NCBI GenBank assembly: GCA_051047955.1
Contig: JBPGPT010000053.1
Location: 1 to 64,000 of the forward strand
DNA length: 64,000 nt
Reading direction: 5' to 3'
Source: Cystobasidiomycetes sp. EMM_F5
Taxonomy: Eukaryota
Notes under the pieces: generated by a model
Told to the model about the DNA's origin: nothing
The model's database searches: none
What the model saw: the letters and a program-made list of their open reading frames with translations, nothing else
Part shown: one piece after another, positions 23,053 to 36,524 of the stretch
Numbering within the stretch: position 1 is the first letter of the stretch
How the letters are laid out: the number at the start of each line of letters is the position of its first letter
Made by a program: the position numbers and the translations under genes

Positions 23053-26000
23053 ATGGGCAGCGAACTCGACGAAACGGCAGCAATTGCTGGCATTAACACC
23101 CATTACAACGACAATTCTAACAACAATTACAATACTGACCCTCCCATCACTCCCCCTCCCCCCTCCCGCCTGTCGTCCAGGACAGGGATATCCCTCAGAA
23201 TCGACACGGCCTCGTCGGCTGGCCAGGGGATTATCGGGGGTAGCATCGCCCAGGCAGAGCGAGAGAGGCAGCGGAGGCGAGAGGCGAGCGAGAGGAAGCG
23301 GAGACTGGTCGAGGTCGAGCAGGAGCGGGTGCGGGTGGGGCATCCGAGTGAGAGAGGCGCCGACGGGGTGGTCAACGACGACGACGACGCGATGGCACTC
23401 AACAGAGGGCTCGGATTGACTGGGATGGGGTATGCGAGTGCTCGGGTCGGCGAAACGAGTGCCGCAGCGCAATTGGACGGCGTAGACGCGTCGGGATACG
23501 CCAGCACAAACAGCCATTCAACCCCACAGCAGTACACGACCGACATGCAGTACGACGAAGGGAACGAGAGCATGGACGAGGACAGTCACGGTATTGCACT
23601 GGCCGATGATGGGTCTGTGGATAATGGAACCCAACAACACCAACAGCACTACGAGTATCAACAACAGCACGCCCAACAGCAACAGTACCACAACGAGCAC
23701 GGACAGACGCAGTCTCAGGGTCTAGACCACGCCGACGACCAGCAAGAGATGGAGGACGAAGAGGACGACGACGAAATGTCTTCCTCTCCGTCAATCCCAG
23801 ACGAGAATATATGTGGGTCTCAGACATAGTTCCTAGTATACTTGCATCTAACGCGTCATCGTGCTGTAATCTCAGCATTCGATCTCGTTTACGCCCTGCA
23901 CACCTTTCTTGCGACCGTCGAAGGGCAAGCTAGCGTAGTCAAAGGGGATGAGCTGACCCTGCTAGACGACTCCAACTCGTACTGGTGGCTCGTTCGAGTA
24001 CTCAAGACGCAAGCAGTCGGGTATATTCCAGCAGAAAATATCGAAACGCCCTTTGAGCGCCTCGCGAGGCTAAACAAACATCGCAATGTAGATGTATGTC
24101 AAAGTTTGCTGCTAAGTGCAAACGCTGCACGAATCTGATTGTCACTACGTCCTCAGATTACGTTTGCGACTCAAGAAGATATGCTTACAGGAACAGGATC
24201 GTCCCTTGCCCAAACTCGCTTTACCAACCCGCATCACCCGACAAACAAGGCGGTTCAGGCGGGTCCGAAGCGGACAGTACTTCCTATAAACCCTACCTTG
24301 GCAGGAGGTGGACGCTTTGTCGAGTTTGCACCCCCAACGTACCACGAACATGAGGGATTCTACTTCTCTGGATCTGAAGATGACGAAGAGTATGATGAGG
24401 AGGGTGAAGAGGGCGATAGTATGGACGAGGACGAAGACGAGGAGGAAGACGAAGAAGCTGTCGAGGCGCAAGTGGCGGCGGGACTTGCTGGACCGCAACA
24501 ATCCCAACACGCTGGTAACATGCTTCAGACTCCAGTGGAGTCAGATGCGCACATCGAACCCGACGAGACGGCTGCACTCACGCAACAGTCGCTCGATGGT
24601 CCCTCGCCTCACGATCGCGATCAGGCTCCCGCACAAGCAACAGCACCCTTGTCATCGTTGTCGAGCCCTTCGCAACAGCAAGCCGCGATTTTCCAGGGTA
24701 GTACTGCTCGAGTCGCACAAGCGCAAGCGCAAGCTGCTCTTGGCGTTGGAAGGCCGGCGCATCTTCAATCGCCTCTGATTCTCCAAGAAGGCTTCGCAGC
24801 TGCGCCGACGACTGCTGGCTATAGTCCGCCAGAGCAGTATCAACCGCAATTAAACAGGAAGCTCAGTCTGGACGATCAGCTTCGAGCAGAACAAGAAGCG
24901 TCTATGGTAGATCGCGAACGCAATATCAATCAGCAGCATCAACAAACTGCGAACAAACAGCGTCAAGTCTCGCCGCAGAAGCAGCAGCAGCCTCAAGGAC
25001 CCATTCGACGACCTTCGCAAACGGATGCGCAAGGTCAAAGTCTCAATATCCTGCAACCTCGATCCTCGTCTGCTGCTTCACAGAATTCGCTATCGCAAGT
25101 CATGAGTTCTCCATCATCTAGCCAATCTTCGAAGTTGAGACCTTTCCCAAGTGAGGATACCGAGATTGTGGCCGACGGACCTGCCGGAAATGCAGCTCGA
25201 GAACCGAGAAAGATATCACTCACTCCCCGAATCGCGCGTGATGGATCAGTCGAATCTGGATTGAGCGATAGAGCATTGTCACCTACGCCCAGTAACGGTT
25301 CCGGTTCTCAACAGGCACATGGTGGTTTCCCGCAGTATGGTAACGCGATGGCGGGCGAACGCCAGTACCAGCAGGGCCAGATGGCTCGCAATGCCTCAAA
25401 CGCTAGTTCTGTTCCATCCGGTGCTGACCAGAGTGTCAATTCCGGATTGACAAACAGTACAAGCACGTCTGAGTATGCCTACCAGCAACGTGCACAGCAG
25501 TACCAGACGGGAGCGCAGGGCCAGTTACTACCACGCCGCGGCTCATCAGGATCTGCTTCGTCTGGCATTACTGGGAAAGGCCCAACTGGCGAGAAGCGGG
25601 CTACTTCGCCTCATGGATCCGACTCCGACACGAGCAAGACTTCTCCGAAGGATGCCAGCTCCAAAGATGGGCGAAAGAAAAAGTCGTCTGGCATTCTGGG
25701 TGGCTTGTTTAGCAGAAATAAGAAGGAGAAGGAGAAGAGCAAGGACGGCAAGGATACGTCTTCGAAGAAGTCTGATAAGCGTGGCGGTAATGCTGCCTCT
25801 GACGACGACAGACACGACAAAACTCCTTCACCTCATGGATCCGATAGTTCGTCAACATCGGGTCGAGGGCCTGTATCGGCAATATCTGGTCCGCCCGGCG
25901 GCATTGTATCGCAGCAGCTGCAAGCCCGTCGAGCGAGAGAAGAGATGTTTGGCACAGACGCAGCATTGCGCCAGCAAGAAGTGGAAGCTCAGAATGCAAT

Positions 26001-29000
26001 GTATCAGCAGTATGGCATCCACCCGCGATCACCTGGAGATGTCGTCAATACCCAAACCTTCAACATGGCTCGAGCCGGCAGCGGAGGCGCAAGCAGTCTT
26101 TCTCCTCCGCAAATGCACGCGACTCCACCTCAGCACTTTGCGAGACAGATGCAGAATGTATCGTCACCACACAATCTTGGCAGTCTCGGCCTATCACCCA
26201 ACGCATCCTCGATGGGAAGCAGTCTGAGCAGTACTGGTTTTGGCATCAATGCGCCACTTGGTCCTAACGGCCGACCTATGCGACCAGGTAGTCTTATTGG
26301 CTCTCCGCACGTCACGACTGCCGGCGGGCAAGGCGGGGAAGTCCCTCTTCTAAACGTCCTGCGCGTCTTTGCTGGAGAGAATATCGAATCGGACGCTACA
26401 TTCAAGACAGTATTGCTCAATGATGCGACTAGCACTGCGGATCTGGTCAAGCAGGCAATGCAGCGCTTCCACCTCGATCCGCCAGCAGCGAGTGTCTCAG
26501 CTGCAGACGTTGTGATGGCCAATGCGGCCATCATGGCGGAATACTATCTCACTGCAAAGGAAGTCAGCGGTGATGAGACCACGCTTCAGCCTGGCCAACG
26601 ACCGATGCAAGTTCTGGAAAGACTGGCTCATGCAAGCGGCACCGCTGAATCAAAGTACGGCTTCCCATCAGTCAAGAGATCTTCCGTCGGATCGATCAAT
26701 TCCATCGCATCGAATCTGTCGACGCACCCTGCTATCGAGAAGTTACGAATGTCAGACTTTTCCGACGACTCTGTTGTGAAGCTCTTCATTCATAAACGTA
26801 CGCCACCTTCAACGTCCTCCGCGAACATGAAGCAGTCTGCATCTATGTCGAGCATCGCTGCATCCCTCGACTCTGTCAGCACACGAGATGAGGATTTGTC
26901 CGTCAACCTCAGCCGCCTGTCTGCCACTGGATCTATTATCGATAAAGGGCCTGCTCCCGGTATGCCAGTGTCGCCTATGCTACGCTTCGCTGTCAGGGTG
27001 ATCATACATGCAGAAGATGTGCCAGAAAGCATGGCCTTCGACCCACTATCGCCTACAATCGTTTCTCGCGCTACGCTTTCAGATCGACAGGCAAGACCTG
27101 CAGGCCGTTCTCCTCTACTCTCGCAAGCATCGTCAGCCGTCAATCCCAGATACAGAGAGAAGCTCATGTTCTTCCCGCGAAATGCCAACGTCTCAGAGGT
27201 TCTCGAGACCGCGCTGGACAGGTTTGGTATCGTAGAGGGTGTCGTTGATGGCGGCGATGAAGTCGACGATATCGGTAGTAAACGCAGAAGCACTGGTCGG
27301 GTCAGGTATGGCCTGAGTATGCTGCTTCCGAGCAGCGAGGATGATGGTATGTTCAGATTCCCTGGCGCTGACGTAACCGTATGCTAATGCATTCATGTAC
27401 AGAAAAACTGTTGACGCCATCCGGCAAAATATTAGATGCTTATGCTACAGCACCCACCTTCCGACATTACGAACGCAACAGCAAAGAGTTCAGACGTCGC
27501 TCGATGGATGCGCCGTACAACACGCCCACGACAGCCGACATACAGCCTTCCGACCCAACCTTCATCATTCGGAAGGCATCGCAGCGTCTCTCGACCGATA
27601 CTCTCAGGGCCGTTTCGGACACTAGATCCAGTGCTCAACCTCCGGCGGGACCGCCCGTGCTCTCGACAAGCTTGTCGAGTCGTTCCGTGTATGCAACGCC
27701 CATGTCGGAGCTGCCTCCCGGCATGACCTCTCCTTCTCCCCAGTATACGCCGACGCACACACGCATGCCTATTTCTGCGCGAGCAAATAGCCAGCAAGGT
27801 ATTGATGTGACATTGGCCGACCAGGCAACAGTGCGGAGTGTCCGGGACGGTGCATCAAACACGACGCGCTATTCGTATATTGGGCCTGATGGAAGCGAAC
27901 GCGACATTAGCGAGATCGTTCGAGAGGAATGGCAGAATGACAAGGGTCACACGGCCAATCTTGCCCCAGCTCGAGACGTATCGTCCTCGCTGTCACATGT
28001 TACCGCAGACAGCTTTGCGTCAGCCCTAGAATCGCCCAGCACTCCGGTCATACCGATATCGAGGACCATTGCTGATCACCGCTTGACGGATGATCACCCA
28101 GATGCCGAAGAGCGCGTCGCCATCAACAACATAGCCTCAGTTCCACTCAACATCGACCGCTCGCGGGACTTTCTACAAGACGTTTTGGACCGCAATGGAG
28201 CGATCAGTCCAGCTTCGTCAAATTCGCCGCGCATCGTGCATAATGAGCTGGTTCATGAGAGGCTCGATAGGGTCTTGGCTAAAGCCCGATCTAGTCCTGG
28301 TGGAGTGACCGGAGGTATTGCGTCTGCCCTGCGCAACCACGCGCAGCCGCAGCGCCAATTCTCAGGTTCTGAAACCAGTCTACAAGGCTCCCCGCCTCGG
28401 ACGCGTTCGAATATAAGCTCTGTCACCGACAGCAATACCGGCAGCGGACGCAGTACTCCCACTGGACAGCCTGCACGTCCAGCTGCGATAACACGTACCC
28501 GCTCCGGAAGCACCAACAGTGCAGGTCGAGCCTCGCCCTTGCTCCAATCCATGAGATCCACCCCTCAGCCCGAAGCTCCGCCGTCTTCAGCTTCTTCCAC
28601 CCCCAGACGTGGGCCACAACGCGGTCATGTCAAGCAGGCGTCACTGGCTTCCGTTGCTTCGGACACTTCATCGTCGCCCGCCATGAGTAGTCCTGCCACG
28701 ATCTCTGGAAATACGGATACCACGCCTGTATCTTCAGCAAGAGCGGGGTCAAGTCTCGGCTCTTCGCAAGGTCGCCTACCTATCCCATATCGCGAAGATC
28801 ATGGACTCGACTTCCTCATGGCAATTGCCGATATAGCAGGCAGCGAACCACTTCCTGCTAGACAGCCACGACTGACAGCAATGGACTATATCAGCGACTA
28901 CGAATATCCCAAAATGAGTGAAGAGATTGCTTCAATCTTTGAAAAGCCAAAGCAGCGCATCGATGCGCTAGAGGCTGTGAGTAATAGTCTTGGTGATCGA

Positions 29001-29082
29001 ATTCAAGCATACTAATCTCTATGTTCTTTTCCGCGTGGAACAGCGCTTGGACCGCCTGCTGGATCAGGTTATGAAGGCGTAG
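23053..29082 (+). CDS. Tea4/Bud14-like SH3-domain polarity factor and PP1 regulator with Ras-association-like domains, multi-exon
   Basis: SSSPSIPDENI, then FDLVYALHTFLATVEGQASVVKGDELTLLDDSNSYWWLVRVLKTQAVGYIPAENIETPFERLARLNKHRN (Tea4/Bud14 SH3). RVxF-like RFVEF. RA-like LRVFAGENIESDATFKTVLLN. Final exon RLDRLLDQVMKA*. Confidence 0.88.
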
Positions 29083-29286
29083 CTTGAAATCTCGTGCACA
29101 ACGCTCAAGGCAGCAGTATTTAATGAATTCTTGCACGCCAACGTTACGATAGTATTCAGTCAGCTTTCTCTGTTACTGTATCATACAGCGATCTTGTTGT
29201 CCAGTAATGTTGGAAATGGAACCGGACAGACTAGACAGTGACCTAGCGCTTTCGTGCTACAATGCCTTCCAAACCCAACCAGCCTT

Positions 29287-31790
29287 TCACACCCTGACAA
29301 TATCGACTCGACAACGTTCGTAAAGCTTGTGCTCCGCAGTACTCGCTGCGTCCGCACCATCTACCTGCATTTCATCTGCAGAAGCCTGCAAATCTGATTT
29401 TGAGGTAGGATAGATTGTCAATTTCGCAAAAGTGCCAGCCACATTTTTCCTTGCTAGCGAACTTGGATTGATGAGGACAGTCGAGTCGACTATTTTTGCG
29501 AAATGTTTGAGCATCGAAGGAAGAATGAAGATATCGGCACCGGCGACATCGCCCGTCTTGAGCAGTTCTGAGTGTGTCACGTCGAGGTTGAGTGGATCTA
29601 GGGGAGGAGCATTTGGAGCAGGGAATAGCGGGTAGAAGCTAGTATACATCTGTCAGCCAGTTATGGTGAAAATGATGACCTGCTCACCTTCTTTGTCGCA
29701 TGACATGCCGACATATTCTCGCCATTACATCTTTGGAGCTACTTGATTGCGAGTCTTGCTGGCTGTCGCCGTTCCCGGCTGGATCTTTGCATTTCTTGAA
29801 GTATTCGCTCTGCTTGAGTGCGAATAGCGTGTCGACACTCGTAGCTGCAAAGAGGACTTCGTTGATCGAGAATGCAGCCGGATTTGGTAGCACTCGTACA
29901 CGCCGGTGTATGGAGAGCCCGTCTGACTTGGAGAGCGGTGCTTGAGGGAATGCGACATGATGGGAGATGATGTCCCGCGGAGATGGAATAAGAGCGGCGG
30001 TACTGCCAGGAGAGTATTCCAAGAAGGATGCAAGTTTTGAGGCAACGCGTTCATTGAATATCTGCGTTGGGGTGAGGTCCACTTCGCCAGTCTTGATGAG
30101 CGGATGTGAGGCGTCTACAAACGGGCCAAGCTGCAGGTATGTGCGTCAGCGTTGTCGTTGTTGCGATAACGGAGGAGGCAGCTCACGAGTATGACTACAT
30201 CAGGCCGGATGTTGCCTAATTCTTCCATCAAAGCAGCAAGAGGTGCATAGTCGAGATCGTCATCGAGCGTATATGGTCCGCACGCTGTGACCACAGACAT
30301 GGGCTCTCCTTTCAGCGTCTTCGGCCCATGTTGAAGTCTTATCAGCTCCGAGACTGCAGTCTCGGGCGGGTCCGTCGGTGGCATCTGAAAGTGAAAGATG
30401 TTCGTTTCGGGCATTGCATCAATTATCTCGAAGCCACTCACCATTAGAACTTCTGAAACAGCGAAATACCCCGCTCCTGCATTCCTGCCGCGTATGCCTA
30501 CGATAGCTCCCGCAAAAAGGCCAATGCCACCTTCGTCAATCGCGTATGAAGGATCATCAGCTGTTCGCACCGTCATGTCCGGGTCGAAGCGGAGTTGAAC
30601 GCGACCTCCTGATCCGTACCGCCTTGAAGATTCGAAATGTATGCTCGTATCCGTCATTCTCACCCCATCGCCTTCTGTGCATATCCGGCCGACACAGTAT
30701 ATGTCGTCCTGAGAAAGAAAATCTGGATTACCGAGGTCCTCAATTTCGTAGTATCCCTTTATCAGGTCGGCAGCTGTGTCGATCGCTGCATCCAGCACTG
30801 TCATGCATATCTACATTATTTTCCCCGCTTGGCCAATACGAATTACAAACTTACCATTCGACCGCTCTGTAACCTTTTCAAACATGTATCGATAGTTGTA
30901 AGGCTCAACGGCCGCAGTCACATTCATACTTACGCGACTTGACGAGCCCGTGTTTGCCCCTCCGATAATCTTTGCTAGGTGTTCATTGACCGTCTCCACG
31001 ACCTCCAACGGGTTCTTGCGGTCTTCGAAGCGGACAAAGGAGGATGTTGTTGAAGGAGAGTCTGGAGCAGTGGAGGTTGATGGACCGGGTGTGCCGTTTG
31101 TCACGGTATGCCGCGACAGATGCGGGGGTAAAGCTGTCGCTTTGCTTTGAGGCGTATCATAGGATGACGGTCTAAATGCCGTGCCGTTTGATTGTCCATT
31201 GCGCGCGAGGGGTGTTGCTGTAGAAGGCGTTGAGGCGCCGAGCTTTCTCTTTGCAAGAGGTGTTGAAGGCAGGCCGTCGAGGCTGATTATCATAAAGAAT
31301 CGCGTCAATCTGGACGATTAATACGCTATACGTTATCTTTCCCTCACATGCCATTTAGCGCAGCCCTTCCGCCGAGCTTCTTTACGCGACTTGGCGCAGG
31401 TTGTTGATGGTTTCCTCCGGGCGTGCCATTGACTGAACTTGGCTGGAACTCTCGCTTGACTTGGGCACCGTTTCCCGACGTCACGCTCGCAGCAACCTCC
31501 TTTCGCAGCTCTCGCAAGTTATCGAGCGTTGGCTGCAGCGTCTCCTCTGGCTTTGCGCTGCTCGACGATCCAGCTGCCGACCTGGTTGAAGCGAGAACGT
31601 AGGCTTCCCACTTGAAGAAGAGGTCAGAGACGGTGAGGTTGTAGACGCGCAGGATGGAGAGGGCTGCGTTTACAAATCAGCAATAGTTGGCCATATTTCA
31701 AATATCCTCCATACCTTCGACAATGGCATCCTCAGAAAGGCCAGGAAAGCGGGCGGCCAGCTCAGCGCGAGGCTGCATTGTCGTCGACAT
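29287..31790 (-). CDS. POL12: DNA polymerase alpha/primase subunit B, multi-exon
   Basis: LFFKWEAY, YNYRYMFEK, VGRIC, FESSRRYGSGGRVQL, ACGPYTLDDDLDY, GPFVD, PNPAAFSINEV, SFYPLFP, PDIFILPS-like, INP and RVDIVRV*. Confidence 0.92.
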
Positions 31791-31861
31791 GGCTGGATTA
31801 AGGCAGAAGCTGGGCAGTGCTGCTCGTTGAATGAAAAAGAGCCATTCGGTAAAAGCAATAA

Positions 31862-31886
31862 ACGCGTCGATTTGTTTACGCGTAAA
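31862..31886. promoter_or_regulatory. Two MCB (MluI cell-cycle) boxes ACGCGT upstream of POL12
   Basis: ACGCGT at 31862-31867 and 31878-31883, the second within the palindrome TTTACGCGTAAA, 70-95 bp upstream of the POL12 ATG. MBF control of DNA replication genes is established in fungi. Confidence 0.7.
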
Positions 31887-32499
31887 TGGGCAACAATACA
31901 GAAATTATAACAGAGCAAGAGGCAAGCAAGTGACAATCTTGACAAGCACTCAATAGGCACGGTAATGAGATTGCATTCATTGGCCCAAAAGAGGCAGGTC
32001 ATTCGCTAAATCGCAGCGAAGAAAGATGTACAAGTACAGCTGCAGGCAGCAACAAAGACGCGCAGCATGTAGGAGCTAAGGTCATGAACAGACACATCAT
32101 CATCTCTTGCGATAGATGCTGGATGTATCGGCGCAGCAAGTGCCAAATTGAAGAAAGAGTCGGCCATGTGAAGATCGTCGAGAAAGGCGAAAAGCGAGCA
32201 TGCAGCAGATGTTCGAACAGAGGTAGTGGTGGTACAGTCGTAGATTTCGCGTCATGATCACCTATGACGTTGGCAGTATTGCAGTCCTTGCGCATTGAGA
32301 TGTGTCGAGTGTGTTTTTGACGTTGTGCTCAGTAGGTCGCAGAGGAGACAGGCCGAATGAAAGCATGTCATTAAGGGCAGTGAAGATTTGAGATCTGAGA
32401 TGAGACAGACATATCTGGCATTCGATTCATTGGCCTTGGAACGGCTGTAAAGAGAACCGGTGTGCACGTACGAGAGCGTAGCAGCGGGAGGAAGGAAAG

Positions 32500-35386
32500 A
32501 CGATCCGCTAAACGGTTGCGGGAGTATTTGCGGCCATCAGGAGATGAGCTCTGTCGAGCGTGTCAAGGTTCCTGTAGATTATGTGTGTCACCATCGTCAA
32601 GATAGCAACTGACTCAATTTTCGACAGAAGACAAGCGTGCTCTAATAAGGCCTTCAACATCGTTTCTGCTATCGGAAGCAAGGATGGTTGGCGCAAGCTT
32701 ATTATTCGAGACATCCAGATCCTCATCGATGTCGTCCTGATGGACGTTTTCCTTGTCGAGATCATTATCGTTGTCGGGCAAGGGTGCCGCATCATCGATG
32801 TCGCCACCATCATCGACCACGTCATCTTGAAGCAGGCCTCGAGTCATCTGCCTGGATGCAGTAAACAGCTGTATAGCCTCTCTGATGAGCCCTGCGTCAC
32901 CTTGAATCGCGTCATGTTTCTCCGCCAGGTAGGTGAGAAACGGGAGAGTGTCGTGTGCGGACAAGTCAGGGATGTCCTTGAACGTTTTGACCCCAACTAC
33001 AGTGAGGAGTTCCTTGATTCTCGCTGGTAGGGCAACATCCTTCATCTCCAAGCGGCCGATAGCCTCTGGACGTGTGCTACCCACTATCTCAACATGGAGC
33101 GTGGCTTTTTGTATGACGATCTGCTGCGTCCGAATGCGCTTCGAGCTCGTGTCTTGAACATCTGCATCAGACTCGTTCGATTCATCAGAGTCTGCGGCTT
33201 CTTCTCTCGGTGCTCGCGCCGCTGCCTTAGGCGCACCACCCGTACGTCGAGCATAATTAGCCACTCGTCGAGCTTTGACGAGCGGCAACTCCGCGTCTTT
33301 GTGGGGCCGGCTAGCCTTGCGCTGTGCGGGAATATTCGATGTGGAGGGTTCACCAGAGCTGCTTGCCTGGGCTCGACGGTTGGAAGCAGTAAAGTCTCGC
33401 AAATCATGATGCGCGTCTTCGCCTTCATCGCTCTCATCGTCGCCGTTTGAGCGGTTGGGACTGCTGGGGGAGCCATTGGCTGGATCATCGAATCCTGAAT
33501 CCCTTGGTTTCTTCCTTTGTCTGTGGATTGAACTCCGAAGGGCTGTGTGATAGATCTGGTATCAGCGTAGTCCTACCAATCCGAGTCCCAAAGTCGTTGC
33601 CGTACAACCCACCTTTCGTCTTTGGCATAAAATCGAGATGGTCCTCCAGGTGAGTCTTCATGCATTAGGATGGTATCAGCACCCCGAAGACTTGATACAG
33701 TCGGTCACGAATCATCGCAACGTACCCGGACAAATTCCTCGAGGTCAAGCTCCATTGTGGGAAGCGATTTACTTGACTGTCACGATTGTAGATGGGAGCG
33801 ATGCAACAAGAAAACCAAGACGCGGAGACCGAGATATGAGTCGAACTGTGTTATCTGGTATCGAGGCATGCACACGTACGGGTTTGAGCATGTAGTTCAT
33901 GCAAGCAGAATTATGCACTGCCCCTGCCTCCTCGACGCGCCTATCATGCAGACGTCCATCCCAAAGTTAGTCTCACTTCATCATCAAAGGAAAGAGACTC
34001 ATTGCCACTTACCAATGTACGCCAATTTGTCTGCCTCTCTTGTCTGTGATGCCCTCGGCGCTCGCAGCGAAGCGAGCCGAGCAATTGATGGTCACTCTAC
34101 CTCCAGCTTCATTGATGGATGGCAGCTTTTCGTCCTTGTCCTTGCTAAATGGTGGAGCATTGATGCATTTCAGCCTTGGATGGGTGGCCGTGTCATCAAT
34201 GTGTATCCTGTGAAGGCCATGCTGCATCTGGTCCTTTGCGTATTGTACAAAGTACCCCAGATCTTCCAAAGCGAAGGTTGTAGCTATGATGATATGATAC
34301 CGTAGTCCATCAAAGCGGGTGCAGGGAGGTATCGTTGACCAGAGAACAGCGGTGCAGTAACACAACAAGAATAAAATTAGCGCCTTTTCATGGTCTACAA
34401 GGTAGTATCGAAAGAAGATATTGCACTGGCTTACCTATTCCGTACATCGCGCGAGCAGGTTGACGACTGCTTCGGCGACTCCCTTCCGGTGGGGCAGAAT
34501 CCCGAGCACGCCTACCCGAGGGAGGTGGAATTGGAGTCGCTTCTTTGGACTTTATCGACCCTTTGGGACGACCACGCTTCTTCTGTGTTGGTAAAGACTC
34601 TCCTGCCACAACCTCTGACTTTCGATGCCTTGATGCTTCCTCCAAGTGCTTGATGCCAGATTTGCGCGAGTGAGGATGAGTAGGCGGTGCGACGGTAGCT
34701 TGTGTGTAATGATTCTGTGTTTCTCCCACTTGATCGTCATCTTTGTCATTGTTACCGTGATTGTTGTCGTTGTTCATCAGGGCATCCTGGCCACGCCCGT
34801 CGGTAGGTCCCCCATCATTCACATCGTCCGGCATAAAGAGCGGGCCAAAACGTTCGTGACGAGCATGCCCTGTAGTATCAGATGTCGATGCAAGTGTCAT
34901 TGATTGCCCTTCGCTTGACTTGGGACGGCGGCGAGGGTCTGTGGGCACAGACGAGGGAGGATTGAGAGGGAGTCTCATCGAAGACCGGACGCCATCCTGG
35001 ACACGGATCACAGAATTATCGCTTTCCATCATTCTTGGAAGTGATGAAGCGCATCGGTCATTGTCTTGTCGCGATGTCGCTGTAGAAATATTGTTGTTTT
35101 TGTTGCTTGTTGACGCGCTGGTCCCGGCGAGGGGTTCGCTGAGATTTCGCAAGGATTGAGTGGGCGACGGGATGAATGTCAGTGCTTGATTGATGTGTGT
35201 GGACTGTGATGAATGTGCTGGAGACTGGGGCTGCGAGTCTTCTACGACGATATCCCCATCGCTGTCGTGTCCTGGGAGGGTCGGAAAAGGATGATTAGAA
35301 CCATCAGATAGGGTTGGGACAGCGATATCGTCATTAATGTGAGTATTGTCAGTAGTGGTCGACTTGCGAGGGCGATTCCTGTTCAT
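32500..35386 (-). CDS. Orphan multi-exon protein with an AT-hook and a WRKY/GCM1-type (Mutator/FAR1-like) zinc-finger domain; 3' end uncertain
   Basis: ORFs 34388-35386 (KKRGRPKGS), 34009-34368 and 32614-33402 are linked by plausible introns. Intron 33941-34012 joins ...RLKC..x28..NCSARF...GVHW to RVEEAGAVHNSAC. Confidence 0.55.
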
Positions 35387-35773
35387 GTCGCATTGAGATG
35401 GTCTTTGGGAAAGAAGCTGGAAACTTCAGCAAAATACTCGTACACGATACAAACCTGGCGCTGTTCTGGATGAATCTTGAAGGAACCCATTGTTTACGAT
35501 GGTCTTGGTACTATACACGCATTAGATTGGTCAAAAGCAGAAAAGGCGGCGACTTCTTCCTGGTGGAGAAGGATGGGCTATTTGGTATCCGACCGCTGGA
35601 AATGAACAATGCGAAAGCACGGCGCAAGAAGCACAGAAACAGCGTACACTCGATGCAACGATGGACGGACACGCTCTCATTATTCAGTATTGTTTGCTCT
35701 TTAATATTTGATTGATAGAGGGTGCCTGGCACATCCTCAAACCTCGTAGAGATTGACAACAACGACAGGAAGA

Positions 35774-36201
35774 TTACTTGTCGGTGGGCTCAGATGCACT
35801 GGTAAAGGTGCTCGCGCCAGCTTCCTGCAGCTTGTCAAGGGATGACTGATTGTGGTCCTTTACGAGGCGAGAGGTGTTATGTCTTCGAATCAGCCAGACA
35901 CACAGTATTGCGAAGGATTGTTTACTGACCTTTGCCTCTTGTGAATTGTTGTCGTTGCTCAGGGAAGCCTTCAGTCCTCCGATGACTGCGAAATAAAACA
36001 TCGACATCAGCCATCCTTCTCCACCATCCTGCAGGACTCTACTCCAACTCACCGTTCCCAGTCTCTCCCTGGTTGAGCTCCTTGCTCTCGAGCGACGGGA
36101 GTCCCTGCTCTGGGTCGTAGTTCTATTTAGACAGAGAACAATGAGCGACGTCCAATATTAAGAATGTCAGTAATCCAATCCACCTTTGATAGATCAGACA
36201 T
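35774..36201 (-). CDS. Conidiation protein 6 (Con-6)-like small hydrophilin, 4 exons
   Basis: Spliced in phase: MSDLSK|NYDPEQGLPSLESKELNQGETGN|VIGGLKASLSNDNNSQEAK|DHNQSSLDKLQEAGASTFTSASEPTDK*. GNVIGGLKAxLxN..S.EAK is the Con-6 motif. Confidence 0.8.
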
Positions 36202-36524
36202 GGTTTGTGTTGTTTGCTTGATTGATTATTTGATATTCGTTTGGAGCAAAGACAACCTACCCTCGTTCTGCTGCACGTCTAGTCGTGTTTACTCTGTGCG
36301 ACGTCATATTCACTGAACATCGGGGATCGACAGAGGACGCGTACAGACTGCACAGTCATTGGCAGGAATATGCAAGATTAGACATTGGAGCAGCATGAAT
36401 ACCACAGTCTGACTGTGTTGGCATAGACTAGCGTGGCCGTGCGCTCGGATTGGCAGTCCGAGCTACGCTCTGCAAGATGTACACGTTCCCCAATTCTTCT
36501 CCACCTTTAATTGCCTCTTCTTCA

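Noticed and set aside
22369..23878. Long antisense ORFs over the Tea4 5' region
   Set aside because: These are shadow frames of a GC-rich coding exon. Only the part from 22872 downward belongs to the PDR16-like gene.
32258..32467. PHD-like Cys/His pattern (CFHSACLLC...YCQRH)
   Set aside because: The first half of the finger is missing, and I could not splice it convincingly to the upstream orphan gene.
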